The notes: generated by a model from the letters alone, not told the origin. 64,000 nucleotides of DNA from an uncultured delta proteobacterium (GCA_963815115.1 CAWFFN010000009.1:1504001-1568000); one strand, 5' to 3'. Counted from the first letter of the stretch, positions 17,901-28,340 are shown. A program made the numbers and translations.

Positions 17901-19229
17901 GTGACCCCAGCGGCCCGCCGACGCCTGGCCCTCCTCCTCGTGTGGGTCGTCTCGCTCGGGCTCCGCGTGGTGTTCCTCCAGGGGATCGACCCGGGGGAAA
18001 CGCTGCGTGCCGACGCCTACACGTACGGCACGCTCGCCTCGAACCTGGCGAACCACGCCAGGTACTCCATGTCGCCGGCGCCCCCGTTTCAGCCCTACGT
18101 CTACAAGCCGCCGGGATATCCCGTGCTGCTCGCGCCTTTCTTCGCCGGACGCGATCTGCCGTCGGGCGCCGCCGCGGCGATGAAGGCGCAGGTCGTCGTC
18201 GGCTCGCTGCTGCCGCCGCTGGTGGTGGTCCTCGGACGTCGAGTCGTGCCCGGCGCGCTGGCCGTGCTCGCCGGCCTGCTCGCAGCGGCTTGCCCGGTCC
18301 TCGTGACCACGCCCGCCTTCTTGACGACCGAGGCCGTCTTCTCGACCGTGCTCGTCGTGACGTTGCTGCTGTCGGCTTCGCTGCTCGGGCGAGGCACGCG
18401 CCACCGCGCGGTGGCGACGGGGTTGTGCTGGGGGCTGCTGGCGCTGATCCGGAGCGCCGCGATGGCCTTGCCGGTGGGCGTCGCGCTCCACCTGTACTGC
18501 CGTGGACTGGCCGGCGATCGCCGCCGTAACGCGCTCGTCCTCCTTCTCGCCTGCGGGATCGTCGTCGGTCCCTGGTTGATCCGCGATCGTGTCGTCGGAC
18601 GGGACGCCACCTCGCCGGGGTACTTCACCGAGGTGTTCGCCCAGTCGATGTATCCGGATCTGCGCCTCGGGCATGCGGCCCGTGGCTACGCCTGGCTGGC
18701 GGATCCCGCGTACCCGCGGTTCACCACGTCCTTCGGAGCCACCCTCGCGGAGCTCTGGAGTCGTGCACGGCAGGATCCGTGGCTCTACGCGCGCTGGTTC
18801 CTGATCGGCAAGTGGCTGACGCTGTGGGAGTTCGACATGATCCAGAGCCCGGCGGTGCACATCTATCCCGTCGCGCACGGACTCTTCCGGACCGCGCAGC
18901 TGAACCCGGCGGGGGTCGACGAGCCCCTCGCGGGCTTCTACCGCGCCTTCCGTCGCCTGTATCCGATCGTCGTGGCGCTGGTCCTGGTCGGCGGCGTGCT
19001 TGTCCTGCGCCGGCGGCCCCGCGCTGGTGCGGAGCGGGAGCGGACCGTCGAGCTGCTCTACGTCGTGCTCGCGACGAACGTTCTCACCTACGGACTGACG
19101 TTGCCGGAGCCGCGCTTCATGATCCCGATGCGCCCGCTCCTCTATCTGCTGGCGCTCGCTACCCTGTCGCGGCTCCTCCGCTCGCCCGCCGTGGGCTTCC
19201 CACCGACGCGGGCGTCGAGCGGCGGCTGA
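17901..19229 (+). CDS. GT-C fold membrane glycosyltransferase (ArnT/PMT-like)
   Basis: DAYTY..LA.NL, KPPGYP, LTTE, PEPRF; multiple TM helices. Confidence 0.75.
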   Translation: MTPAARRRLALLLVWVVSLGLRVVFLQGIDPGETLRADAYTYGTLASNLANHARYSMSPAPPFQPYVYKPPGYPVLLAPFFAGRDLPSGAAAAMKAQVVVGSLLPPLVVVLGRRVVPGALAVLAGLLAAACPVLVTTPAFLTTEAVFSTVLVVTLLLSASLLGRGTRHRAVATGLCWGLLALIRSAAMALPVGVALHLYCRGLAGDRRRNALVLLLACGIVVGPWLIRDRVVGRDATSPGYFTEVFAQSMYPDLRLGHAARGYAWLADPAYPRFTTSFGATLAELWSRARQDPWLYARWFLIGKWLTLWEFDMIQSPAVHIYPVAHGLFRTAQLNPAGVDEPLAGFYRAFRRLYPIVVALVLVGGVLVLRRRPRAGAERERTVELLYVVLATNVLTYGLTLPEPRFMIPMRPLLYLLALATLSRLLRSPAVGFPPTRASSGG

Positions 19230-19233
19230 GCGG

Positions 19234-20097
19234 CTAGGACACCTTCACGATCAGCTCTCCGAGTCGTTCGAGTCCCTCGGTCAGTCCCTCGGGGTCGAAC
19301 GCCGGCGGCGGGACCATGAAGCGCGAGACGCCGAGATCGCGCAGGCGCTTGACGCTGTCGACGTCGGGGACTCCGCGGCCCGACGTCACCTCGATGGCCG
19401 CCGGATCGCGTCCGACCTTCTGGCACTCCTCCCTCATGATGCCGAGCAGCCAGAGGAGCTTCTCCTCGTCCGTGACCCCGGGGAAGAAGCCGTCGCCGTA
19501 TCGCGCCGCGCGCCGCGCGGCCAGCTCGGTATGCCCTCCGACGACGATCGGAACGCCGGGCTGCTGCACGGGCTTGGGATGGGACTCGAGCTTGCCCCAG
19601 CGGAAGAACTTGCCCTCGAACGGCTCGGGCTCCGGCTTCCACAGCGAGCGCATCGCCCGCACCGTCTCCGCCGTGCGGGCCGCGCGCTCCTTGAACGGGA
19701 TGCCGAGGGCGTCGAACTCCTCCTCGAGCCAGCCGACGCCGATGCCGAGGATCACGCGCCCGCCGGAGAGCACGTCGAGGCTGGCCACCTCCTTGGCGAC
19801 GTAGAGCGGGTGGCGCTGGGGCAGGATCAGGATGCCGGTGGCGAGCCGCAGCCGCTTGGTCACGGCCGCGGCATAGGTGAGCGAGATCAGCGGATCGGGC
19901 AGCGGCAGCTGCTCCGGCGCCGGGATCTTGCCGGACGGGTCGTACGGGTAGGTCGACTGGTAGCCGACGGGGATGACGACGTGCTCGACCGCCCAGATCG
20001 ACTCGACGCCCACGCGCTCCGCCGTGGTGGCGAGGTGGGTGAGCGTCTCCGCGAAGGCGAACGGTCCGGCGTTCGCATACATCAGTCCGAATTTCAT
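19234..20097 (-). CDS. LLM class, probably F420-dependent, oxidoreductase
   Basis: SIWAVEHVV, LATGILILPQRHP, LSGGRVILGIGVGW, RRAARYGDG. Confidence 0.9.
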   Translation of the reverse strand: MKFGLMYANAGPFAFAETLTHLATTAERVGVESIWAVEHVVIPVGYQSTYPYDPSGKIPAPEQLPLPDPLISLTYAAAVTKRLRLATGILILPQRHPLYVAKEVASLDVLSGGRVILGIGVGWLEEEFDALGIPFKERAARTAETVRAMRSLWKPEPEPFEGKFFRWGKLESHPKPVQQPGVPIVVGGHTELAARRAARYGDGFFPGVTDEEKLLWLLGIMREECQKVGRDPAAIEVTSGRGVPDVDSVKRLRDLGVSRFMVPPPAFDPEGLTEGLERLGELIVKVS

Positions 20098-20177
20098 CGG
20101 GGTGGTGGTACTACCCGGAGGACGACAGTGGAAGGCCCCGGTTGCGACGCCGCCGCAGCCGGGCAATACGGTCGGCC

Positions 20178-21122
20178 ATGGACCTCGTCGAGCTCGCACC
20201 CGCGGTGTACGCCTGCCTGCAAGAGGATCGCGGGCTCGGCACGAGCAACTCCGGTCTCGTCGACCGCGGCGCCGGACTCGTCGTCGACAGCTTCTGGGAC
20301 CTGCCGCACACGCGCGATCTGATCGCGACCTACGCGCGGGTGTGGCGAGGTCCGGCACGCCGGCTCGTCAACACGCACAACAACGGCGACCACTGCTGGG
20401 GCAACCAGCTCTTCTCCGGCGCCGAGATCATCGGCCACCGCCTGTGCGCGGAGAAGTTCGCCACCGAGAGCCCGCGCATGCTGCAGGCGTTGCGCGATGC
20501 CACGGGGAGCAGCGAGCCGGCGATCGCCGATCTCGCCGCGCAGCTCGCCGACTGGGACTTCTCGGGCATCGAGCTGACGCCGCCCACGACCCTGGTCGAC
20601 GAGCGGCTGGAGCTCGATCTGGACGGCATCGCCGTCCATCTCCTCTGGGTCGGCCCCGCGCACACCGCAGGCGACCTCATCGTCCACCTGCCGGGGGAGC
20701 GCGTCGTCTTCACCGGCGACGTGCTCTTCCGGCTGTGCACGCCGATCGGCTGGGAGGGGACGAGCGCGCAGTGGGTCAAAGCGCTGGACACGATCGTGGC
20801 GCTCGAGCCTGCCGTGGTCGTCCCCGGCCACGGCCCGCTGTGTGGCGTGGAGGGGCCGATCGAGATGCGCGAGTACCTCGAGTACGTCCGCCGCGAGGCG
20901 AGGCGCGCGTTCGCCGACGGCCTGTCCGCGCTCGACGCGGCCAAGCGCATCGACCCCGGCCCGTACGCGCGCTGGACGGCGCCCGAGCGCATGCTGTCCA
21001 TCGTCGAGCGCGCCTATCGCGAGCTGCGGGGCGAGCCCATGGACGCGCCGATCGACGTCCCCGGGCTCTTCCGCGGCATGTACGAGCTGCGCCAGGCGCA
21101 GCAGGCGCGGCGATCCGCATGA
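20178..21122 (+). CDS. MBL-fold metallo-hydrolase (cyclase-like)
   Basis: NTHNNGDHCWGN, AHTAGD, FTGD, VPGHG. Confidence 0.88.
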   Translation: MDLVELAPAVYACLQEDRGLGTSNSGLVDRGAGLVVDSFWDLPHTRDLIATYARVWRGPARRLVNTHNNGDHCWGNQLFSGAEIIGHRLCAEKFATESPRMLQALRDATGSSEPAIADLAAQLADWDFSGIELTPPTTLVDERLELDLDGIAVHLLWVGPAHTAGDLIVHLPGERVVFTGDVLFRLCTPIGWEGTSAQWVKALDTIVALEPAVVVPGHGPLCGVEGPIEMREYLEYVRREARRAFADGLSALDAAKRIDPGPYARWTAPERMLSIVERAYRELRGEPMDAPIDVPGLFRGMYELRQAQQARRSA

Positions 21123-21748
21123 GCGCTCCGCAGGGCTCGTCGACGGCGCCGCTCGAGTTCTGGTTCGAGTTCGCGAGTACCTACTCCTATCCCGCCGCCA
21201 TGCGCGTCGAGGATGCGGCGCGCGCGGCCGGCGTGCCGCTCGCGTGGCGGCCGTTCCTCCTCGGTCCGATCTTCGGCGCGCAGGGCTGGAACGACTCGCC
21301 GTTCAACGTCTACCCGGTGAAGGGCCGCTACATGTGGCGCGACCTGGATCGCGTGTGCGCGAAGCAGGGCGTGCCGCTGCGGCGGCCGTCACGCTTCCCG
21401 CGCAACGGTCTGCTCGCGGCGCGCGTCGCGCTGCTCGGCGCCGACGAGCCGTGGGGCCCCGACTTCGTCCGCGGCGTCTACCGCGCCAACTTCGCCGACG
21501 ACCGGGAGATCTCCGACCGGCAGGTGATCGCCTCGCTGCTCGACGAGCTGACCGGAGATGCCACCGGCACCCTCCAGCGTGCCGAGGCGCCCGACAACAA
21601 GGACCGGCTGCGGAAGCAGACCGAGCAGGCCACGGCCCTCGGCATCTTTGGCGCGCCGTCGTTCGTCAGCCGGGGCGAGCTCTTCTGGGGCAACGATCGC
21701 CTCGAGGACGCGCTCACCTGGCACCGCGCGCAGGCTGGCGACGGGTAG
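21119..21748 (+). CDS. 2-hydroxychromene-2-carboxylate isomerase family (DsbA/GST-kappa)
   Basis: FWFEFASTYSY, GIFGAPSF, ELFWGNDRL. Confidence 0.9.
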   Translation: MSAPQGSSTAPLEFWFEFASTYSYPAAMRVEDAARAAGVPLAWRPFLLGPIFGAQGWNDSPFNVYPVKGRYMWRDLDRVCAKQGVPLRRPSRFPRNGLLAARVALLGADEPWGPDFVRGVYRANFADDREISDRQVIASLLDELTGDATGTLQRAEAPDNKDRLRKQTEQATALGIFGAPSFVSRGELFWGNDRLEDALTWHRAQAGDG

Positions 21749-21885
21749 CTTCCCAACGGCTGAACGGCGGCGTTGGTGCCTAGCCCCCGTGACGACTCGG
21801 ACGTTCTCCCGTTCCCCGGCTTCTGTGGCTTCCGGAGGGAGGGACAAGGATCTCGGACGGTGCACATGATGTCCGACGACCGGGC

Positions 21886-21919
21886 CTTCACGCTGTCTTC
21901 ATGCGTCGTGTGCAATGCT
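21886..21919 (+). promoter_or_regulatory. OmpR-family tandem box plus -10-like element
   Basis: CTTCAC-N5-CTTCAT-N11-AATGCT; same geometry as the box upstream of the response regulator at 59.1 kb. Confidence 0.5.
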
Positions 21920-22087
21920 TCCGTTGGAGGCGGAAACGGGGGGCATCATGGAATTGCCGCTCCCTTGGTCCATGCGGCTGGCCTACGGCCCGGGTGCCTT
22001 CTCGCCGTGGCCTCGTCCGCGAAGCCGAGGGGGTGACCCCGGCATGGCGCCGTTGCGAGCAGGCGGCCAAGAACAGGGAGGAGACAC

Positions 22088-23008
22088 ATGTCGAAGCTCG
22101 GTCGAACGGTCACAGTCGGCGCGCTCGTCGTGGCCAGCATGGCCGGGGCCCGAACGAACGAGAACGCATGCAAGAAGTCCTCGCAGGCGATCTTCGACGC
22201 GTGCATGGCGGGCACGGCCAGCGACCGATCGCTCGCGATCGGCAAATGCTTCAACCTGAGCGACGCCGCGGCACGAAGAGCCTGCACTCAGCAGGCCTCG
22301 AACGACAAGAAGGACGCGTCACAGGAATGCAAGGACGAGCGTCAGTTCCGGCTGGCGACGTGCGCACGGCTCGGCGCTGCGCCGTACATTCCCGCGATCG
22401 ATCCGGCGAACTTCGTCGCCACGATCGACAATCCGTACAATCCCCTGATCCCCGGCACGACCTTCATCTACGAGGGACAGACCGCGCAGGGCCTCGAGCA
22501 CAACGAGGTGTCCGTGACCGCCAACACGAGGGTGATCTTCGGGGTCGCGTGCATCGAGGTCCTCGACACCGTCGAGCTCAACGGCGAGCTCACGGAGCGG
22601 ACGCTCGACTGGTTCGCCCAGGACAAGGATGGGAACGTGTGGTATTTCGGGGAGAATTCGGAGGAGGTGGCCGGCGGCCTCGTCGTCGATCTGGGAGGCT
22701 CCTTCGCCGCCGGCGTCGATGGGGCGCAGCCGGGCATCGTCATGAAGGCGCACCCGGCGGTCGGCGACTTCTACCGCCAGGAGTTCGACCTCGGAAACGC
22801 CGAGGATCTCGGGGAGGTGCTCAGTCTCACCGAATCGGTCACGGTGCCGGCCGGTTCATTCTCGAATTGCCTCCAAACGAAGGAAACCGAAGCGCTGGAT
22901 CCGAGCGCCCTCGAGAACAAATACTATGCGCCCGGGATCGGAAACGTGCTGACGGTCGATCTCGTCACCGGCGAGCGGTTGGAGCTCCGGCAGATCAAGA
23001 CGATGTGA
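22088..23008 (+). CDS. Secreted hypothetical protein (Cys-spaced helical N-domain, beta-rich C-domain)
   Basis: GGAGGAG RBS, signal-like N-terminus; DWFAQDKDGNVWYFGE, VTVPAGSF, KYYAPGIG. Confidence 0.85.
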   Translation: MSKLGRTVTVGALVVASMAGARTNENACKKSSQAIFDACMAGTASDRSLAIGKCFNLSDAAARRACTQQASNDKKDASQECKDERQFRLATCARLGAAPYIPAIDPANFVATIDNPYNPLIPGTTFIYEGQTAQGLEHNEVSVTANTRVIFGVACIEVLDTVELNGELTERTLDWFAQDKDGNVWYFGENSEEVAGGLVVDLGGSFAAGVDGAQPGIVMKAHPAVGDFYRQEFDLGNAEDLGEVLSLTESVTVPAGSFSNCLQTKETEALDPSALENKYYAPGIGNVLTVDLVTGERLELRQIKTM

Positions 23009-23071
23009 GGCTGACAGCCGGGACAAGGGACCGAATTCCCGAAGGCTCACCGAACCGGACGCTCACCAGCC

Positions 23072-24388
23072 GTGCTCCGTCGGACGGCCTGCTTCCCTCT
23101 GGCTCTCCTGCTCGTCGGCGTCTTCGTGATGCGAATCTACTACGGGCTGAGTCTGGAGCTGCGGACCGGCGACGACGTCCAGGTCTACCTGCTCGGTCTC
23201 AAATTCTTCACGACCGGGCGGTGGCCGTTCTTCGGTCCCGACGTGTACCACGAGGCCCAGACGCAGCTTCCCGGCGCGCTGCAGGGACTCCTCGTCGGCG
23301 TGCCACTCGTCCTCACGCGGCAACCGGAGGCTCCGCTGATCCTGCTCAACATCCTCTCGTTCACGGGCGTGCTCGTCCTCGCGCTCTACTTCGCGCGGCG
23401 CTTTGCGGTGATGTCGGCGTCGCTCACCTGCGTGTGGCTCCTCACCTCTCCCTGGACGCTCTACTTCGGGACGCACGTGTACAACCCCTCCTACCTGCTG
23501 CTTCCGAGCTGCCTCTTCTTCGTCGCGTTCCTGGAGCTCATGCCGTCATGGGCGGCGAACCTGCTGCCGCCGTCGGCGGCCTTCCTGCTGCTGGGCCTCT
23601 CGCTGGGGGCGGCGTTCCAGCTCCACCTCTCGTGGCCCCTCCTGGTTCCGTTCCTTGTAACGGCGATCGTTGCTCGCGCGCGCGCGGGACTACTGACGCC
23701 TTTGCAGATCGGGTGGCTTCTTCTCGGGGCAGCCGGCCCGCTCGCGCTGCTCGGGCCTACCGTGGTCGCGTACGGCGCTTCCTCGCTGGTCGAAGCGCTC
23801 GGGCGCAACACGCGCGTCCATGGGCCCGGCGTTGCGGATCTCGTCACGATCGCCGCACGCTTTCTGTCGTTCGGCAGCTTCGAGATTCCGCACCTCCTCG
23901 GCCTGAGCGGGCCCGCGGAGAGCGCGTTGCTGCGCCAGAGTCCCTGGCTGGTCCCGCTCGTGGTCGCCTTGGGTCTCCTGGGCCTCGTCCAGCCCATCCT
24001 GCTGCTCGTCATCATGTTCCGCCCCCGCCTGTTCGCGCTTCCGGGCGATCCGTGCCGCGGCGTGCGCGGGCTCCTCGTCGCCACCGTGCTCCTCATCTGG
24101 CTGGCCTTTGTCTTCACGGGACGGCCCCCCACCGCGCGCAACTACTACATCCTCTGTCCCGTCGCGTTCCTCGCGGCGTACGTCGCGTTCGGATCGCTCA
24201 CCGCCGGCCCGAGAGCGCGGCGCTGGGTCTGGGCGATCCTCGCCTGCAACATCGTCCTTCAGATCGGCTTGGCGGCAGCGCGGCTCACGAGCGATCCGTG
24301 GACCGCGCGGCGAGCGACCGTCTCGCGCGCCATCCAGCTGCGCGACTACCGGATCCTGGGAGAGCGGCGGTCTCACGTCCGCTATTAG
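23072..24388 (+). CDS. Polytopic membrane protein, probable GT-C glycosyltransferase
   Basis: GDD..VY, WPFFGP, YNPSY, FQLHLS; about 10 TM segments. Confidence 0.65.
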   Translation: MLRRTACFPLALLLVGVFVMRIYYGLSLELRTGDDVQVYLLGLKFFTTGRWPFFGPDVYHEAQTQLPGALQGLLVGVPLVLTRQPEAPLILLNILSFTGVLVLALYFARRFAVMSASLTCVWLLTSPWTLYFGTHVYNPSYLLLPSCLFFVAFLELMPSWAANLLPPSAAFLLLGLSLGAAFQLHLSWPLLVPFLVTAIVARARAGLLTPLQIGWLLLGAAGPLALLGPTVVAYGASSLVEALGRNTRVHGPGVADLVTIAARFLSFGSFEIPHLLGLSGPAESALLRQSPWLVPLVVALGLLGLVQPILLLVIMFRPRLFALPGDPCRGVRGLLVATVLLIWLAFVFTGRPPTARNYYILCPVAFLAAYVAFGSLTAGPRARRWVWAILACNIVLQIGLAAARLTSDPWTARRATVSRAIQLRDYRILGERRSHVRY

Positions 24389-24420
24389 GTGCGGCGCGCG
24401 GTGCCGAGTCGGGTTACGCC

Positions 24421-25191
24421 GTGAAAGACGCATCCGTTCTCGGCAAGGTCCCGGCGGTCACGCTCGGGTTCTGGATCATCAAGATTCTTGCAACCACCCT
24501 GGGCGAGACAGGCGGCGACACCGTCACCATGACGTGGAACCTTGGCTATCTCACCGGCACCGTGATCTTTCTCTCAGTGCTCGTCGTCCTCGTCATCTCG
24601 CAGGTCGCGACGAGGAAGTTTCACCCGTTCCTCTACTGGACCACGATCATCGCCTCGACCACGGCCGGCACCACCCTGGCGGATTTCGCCGACCGCTCCC
24701 TCGGCATCGGCTACGGCGGCGGATCGTCGCTGCTGCTCGGGTGCGTGCTCGCCTCGCTGGCGGTCTGGTATTGGGCCGAGGGCTCGGTGTCGGTGAACAC
24801 CGTGAACACGCCGCGGGTGGAAGCCTTCTACTGGACGACCATCACCTTCTCCCAAACCCTGGGAACGGCGTTGGGCGACTGGATCGCGGACGATACCGGC
24901 CTCGGCTATGGGGGCGGCGCGCTCGTATTCTCCGCCGCGCTCGCCATCGTCGCCGGGCTCTATCTCTGGACGCGCGTCTCCCACGTCCTGTTGTTCTGGG
25001 CCGCCTTCATCCTGACGCGGCCGCTCGGTGCCACCGCGGGCGATCTCCTCGACAAGCCGGTGAGCCACGGCGGGCTTGCGCTGAGCCGCCCGCTCGCCTC
25101 GGCGGTGATCGCGGTCATCATCGTCGCCTGCATTCTTCTCCTTCCGCAGCAGCCGGGCAGCCATCCCGTGCGAAGTGGAGGATCGTCCTGA
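24421..25191 (+). CDS. COG4705/DUF347 membrane protein
   Basis: KVPAVTLGFWIIKILATTLGETGGD, SQTLGTALGD, FILTRPLGATAGD repeats. Confidence 0.9.
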   Translation: MKDASVLGKVPAVTLGFWIIKILATTLGETGGDTVTMTWNLGYLTGTVIFLSVLVVLVISQVATRKFHPFLYWTTIIASTTAGTTLADFADRSLGIGYGGGSSLLLGCVLASLAVWYWAEGSVSVNTVNTPRVEAFYWTTITFSQTLGTALGDWIADDTGLGYGGGALVFSAALAIVAGLYLWTRVSHVLLFWAAFILTRPLGATAGDLLDKPVSHGGLALSRPLASAVIAVIIVACILLLPQQPGSHPVRSGGSS

Positions 25192-25298
25192 GTCGCGGCG
25201 AGCATGCGGCAGATGAGTCGCGCACGACCTCGTTTCTCGATCGCCACGATCCGATCCTGCCCTCCGCTCGCGGGGCCTCGGCTCTCTCTCGAACCGAG

Positions 25299-26923
25299 CT
25301 ACCGCTCCGGCCAGCGATGGCCCGCGAGCCGCTCGCGCAGCTCGCGCTTGGCGAGCTTGCCGACGCTCGTCTTGGGCAGGGTCTCCAAGAAGACCACGTC
25401 GTCGGGGAGCCACCACTTCGCCACCCGTGACGCCAGCCAGGCGAGCACGTCGTCGCGCGTCACGGTCTGTCCGGGCTTCGGCACCACGCAGGCCAGCGGG
25501 CGCTCCTGCCAGCGCTCGTGCGGCAGCCCGATGACCGCCGCCTCGAGCACCTCCGGATGGCCCATGATGGCGTTCTCGAGCTCGACGCTGGAGATCCACT
25601 CGCCGCCGCTCTTGATCACGTCCTTGGCGCGGTCGGTGATCTGCACGTAGCCGCCGGGATCGATCGTGGCGACGTCGCCGGTGCGGAACCAGCCGTCGTG
25701 GAACGCGGCCGCCGGAGCGCGGGTCGTCGTAGTACGCGGCCGCCGACCCACGGGCCGCGCACCTGCGAGCTCGCCGACGCTCGTCGCCGTCCCAGGGCAG
25801 CGGCTGGCCGTTGTCGTCGACGACGCGGATCTCGACGCCGGGCAGCGGGTTGCCCTGCCTGGCGCGCACCGTGCGCAGCCGCTCGGCGCTCCAGTCCGCC
25901 ATGGTGCTGCGCGGACGTGACACCGTCGCCAGCGGCGAGGTCTCGGTCATGCCCCAGGCCTGGATCACCCGCATGCCGAGCGCATCGAAGCGCTCCAGCA
26001 AGCTCTCGGGCACCGCCGATCCGCCGCACGGGACGGCACGCAGGCTCGAGAGATCGAAGGACTCGCGCTCCAGGACGTCGAGCATGCCGAGGAGCACCGT
26101 GGGCACGCCGGCGGTGACGGTCACGCGCAGGTCCTGGATGAGCTGCAGCGAGGTCGCGCGGCGTCGGTTGTGCCCCGGGGTAGACCTGCGATGCGCCCAC
26201 CATGGTGGCGCTGAACGGCAGTCCCCAGGCGTTGGCGTGGAACATCGGGACCACGGACATGACCCGATCGGCCTCGCCGAGCCCGAAGGTGTCCGCCATC
26301 GCCTGCACGAAGCACTGCAGGACGAGCGCACGATGGGTATAGACGACGCCCTTCGGATGCCCGGTGGTGCCGGAGGTGTAGCACATGCCGGCGGCGTCGT
26401 GCTCGTCGAGCGCCGGCCAGTCCACGGTGTCGGAGGCCGCTGCCAGCAGGTCCTCGTAGCGATGAACGGGAGCGAGCCGTGTCGTGGGCAGCGGTCCGTC
26501 GCCCATCACGACGAAGGCGCGCACCGTCCGCAGGGCGTCGGCGTGCGGCTCGAGCTGCGTCACCAGCGAGTCGTCCACGAAGAGCACGGCGTCGGCGGCG
26601 TGGTTCACGATGTAGGTGATCTGGTCCGGGAAGAGCCGGATGTTGACGGTGTGCAGCACGGCACCGCTCGACGGCACGGCGAGGTAGAGCTCGAGGTGAC
26701 GATACGAGTTCCAGGCGAAGGTGCCGACGCGATCGCCGCGTCGCACGCCCAGCGCGTGCAACGCATTTGCCAGCCGGCACGCGCGCCGATGAACATCGCC
26801 GTAGGTGTAGCGGTGCAACCCGCCCGGCGTGCGGGTGACGACCTCCTTCGCGGGGAAGAGGAGCGCCCCCCGCTCGAGGATCGCACGGATGGTGAGGGGG
26901 GCGTCCATCATGAGACCGCGCAT
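25299..26923 (-). pseudogene. Long-chain fatty acid--CoA ligase (AlkK/DmdB-like), about 5 frameshifts (probably sequencing errors)
   Basis: [28 protein letters not shown] and KSGGEWISS lie in different frames; single extra bases near 26149, 25785, 25766, 25742 and 25711. Confidence 0.85.
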
Positions 26924-26937
26924 GGCTTTCCTCCGCG

Positions 26938-27795
26938 TCAAGACCCGGCTGCCGCCAGGAACTCGAGGACGGCCCCGGCGAACGCCTCGGGCTGCTCGAG
27001 ATGGGGATGATGGCGGGCGCCGGCGATGGTGGTGCGGCGGGCCCGCAGGATCGCGAGGCGCTCCTCCCGGTCGGCCGGCGCGAGTCGGAGCGGGCTCTCG
27101 CCTCCCTCCAGGTAGAGGACCGGGCAGGTCACGCGGCGCCAGAACGCGGCCGCGCGCGCGCGCGAGAACGGAACCGGCGACGTGGTCTTGTGGAGCGGGT
27201 CGAACTTCCACTGGCGCCCGCCGTTCGTGACGCGCGTCCCGTGCTCGGCCATGTGGCGCGCCACCTCGGGCGAGAAGCGATACGTGCCCTCCTGCAGGCG
27301 GGCCGTCGCCTGCTCGAGGGTGAGGGTGCGGCGCGGCCGTTCGCCGCGGCGCGCGAGGTCGCGAATCCACGCCTGGTAGCGCCGGGGAGCGGACTCGCTC
27401 TCGAGATCGGGCGGCCCGAGCCCGTCGACCAGGACGAGTGCCGGCACGCGTTCCGGCTCGAGCCCGGTGTACGACATCGCGGCCGTCGCGCCCATCGAGT
27501 GTCCGACCAGCGCCGCGCTCCCGCCCAGCGCACGGACCAGGAACGCGAGGTCGGCGGCGTAGTCCGCGAAATGGTAGTAGCCGCCGCTTCCCACCCACTC
27601 CGAGTCGCCGTGCCCGCGCCAGTCGAGGGCGAAGACGTGATGGCCCGCGGCCGCCAGGCGGGGAGCGACGAGGTCCCAGGCGTGCGCGTGCTCGAGGAAG
27701 CCGTGCAGGAGCAGGACGACGGAGCCGCGCTCGCCCCATTCGAGCAGGTGGTGCCGGAGGCGGTTGGCAACCAGGAAGCGCGAGCGGGGCGTCAC
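26938..27795 (-). CDS. Alpha/beta fold hydrolase
   Basis: LLHGF, DWRGHGDS, GHSMG nucleophile, HHPHLEQP. Confidence 0.92.
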   Translation of the reverse strand: MTPRSRFLVANRLRHHLLEWGERGSVVLLLHGFLEHAHAWDLVAPRLAAAGHHVFALDWRGHGDSEWVGSGGYYHFADYAADLAFLVRALGGSAALVGHSMGATAAMSYTGLEPERVPALVLVDGLGPPDLESESAPRRYQAWIRDLARRGERPRRTLTLEQATARLQEGTYRFSPEVARHMAEHGTRVTNGGRQWKFDPLHKTTSPVPFSRARAAAFWRRVTCPVLYLEGGESPLRLAPADREERLAILRARRTTIAGARHHPHLEQPEAFAGAVLEFLAAAGS

Positions 27796-28340
27796 GAGAG
27801 GGAGTCGACGACGGCGGTCCCCGCGGGGGGGTCGATGTCGACGGCGGTCGATTCGAGGAGCCGGGCGACCATCATGTAGTAGCCCACGGTGACGAGGAGC
27901 TCGACGATCTCGCGGGGCGGAAAGTGCTTCTCGAGCTCCGCGAAGGTCGCGTCGGACAGCTTCGGGGTTTGCAGCAGCTCGGCTCCCGCCCGGAGCGCGG
28001 CCCGCTCGCGCGCGTCGAAGCAGTCCGCGTCCAGGGTGCCGTGCTCGATGGCCGCGATCTGCGCCTCGCTCACCTCCATGGCGCGCGCGATCGGAACGTG
28101 CTGCGTCCACTCGTACGGCGCGGGCGAGCGTTTGCCGACCAGCAGGATGAGAAGCTCGCGCATCTTGGGGGCGAGGGCGAGGCGACCGAGGATGGCGGTG
28201 CCGAGCTGGAGCAACGGCCGGAAGCAGGTCTCGGCGTTTGCCATCATCCGGAAGACATTCAGCTGGACGGGCAATCGCGCCATGATCTCGCGCACGGACT
28301 CGGGCGCGCCGGCGGGGTCCACGTACGGAAGTCGAGCCAT
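27792..28340 (-). CDS. Carboxymuconolactone decarboxylase/AhpD family protein
   Basis: MARLPYVD, RELLIL, YEWTQH, ELLVTVGYY. Confidence 0.88.
   Translation of the reverse strand: MARLPYVDPAGAPESVREIMARLPVQLNVFRMMANAETCFRPLLQLGTAILGRLALAPKMRELLILLVGKRSPAPYEWTQHVPIARAMEVSEAQIAAIEHGTLDADCFDARERAALRAGAELLQTPKLSDATFAELEKHFPPREIVELLVTVGYYMMVARLLESTAVDIDPPAGTAVVDSLS

Noticed and set aside
21835-21855. Repeated GGGACAAGG motif (also near 7229-7237 on the minus strand and near 23020) as a dispersed repeat family
   Set aside because: Only 9-10 nt long with no shared flanks; could be CsrA-like sites or chance.
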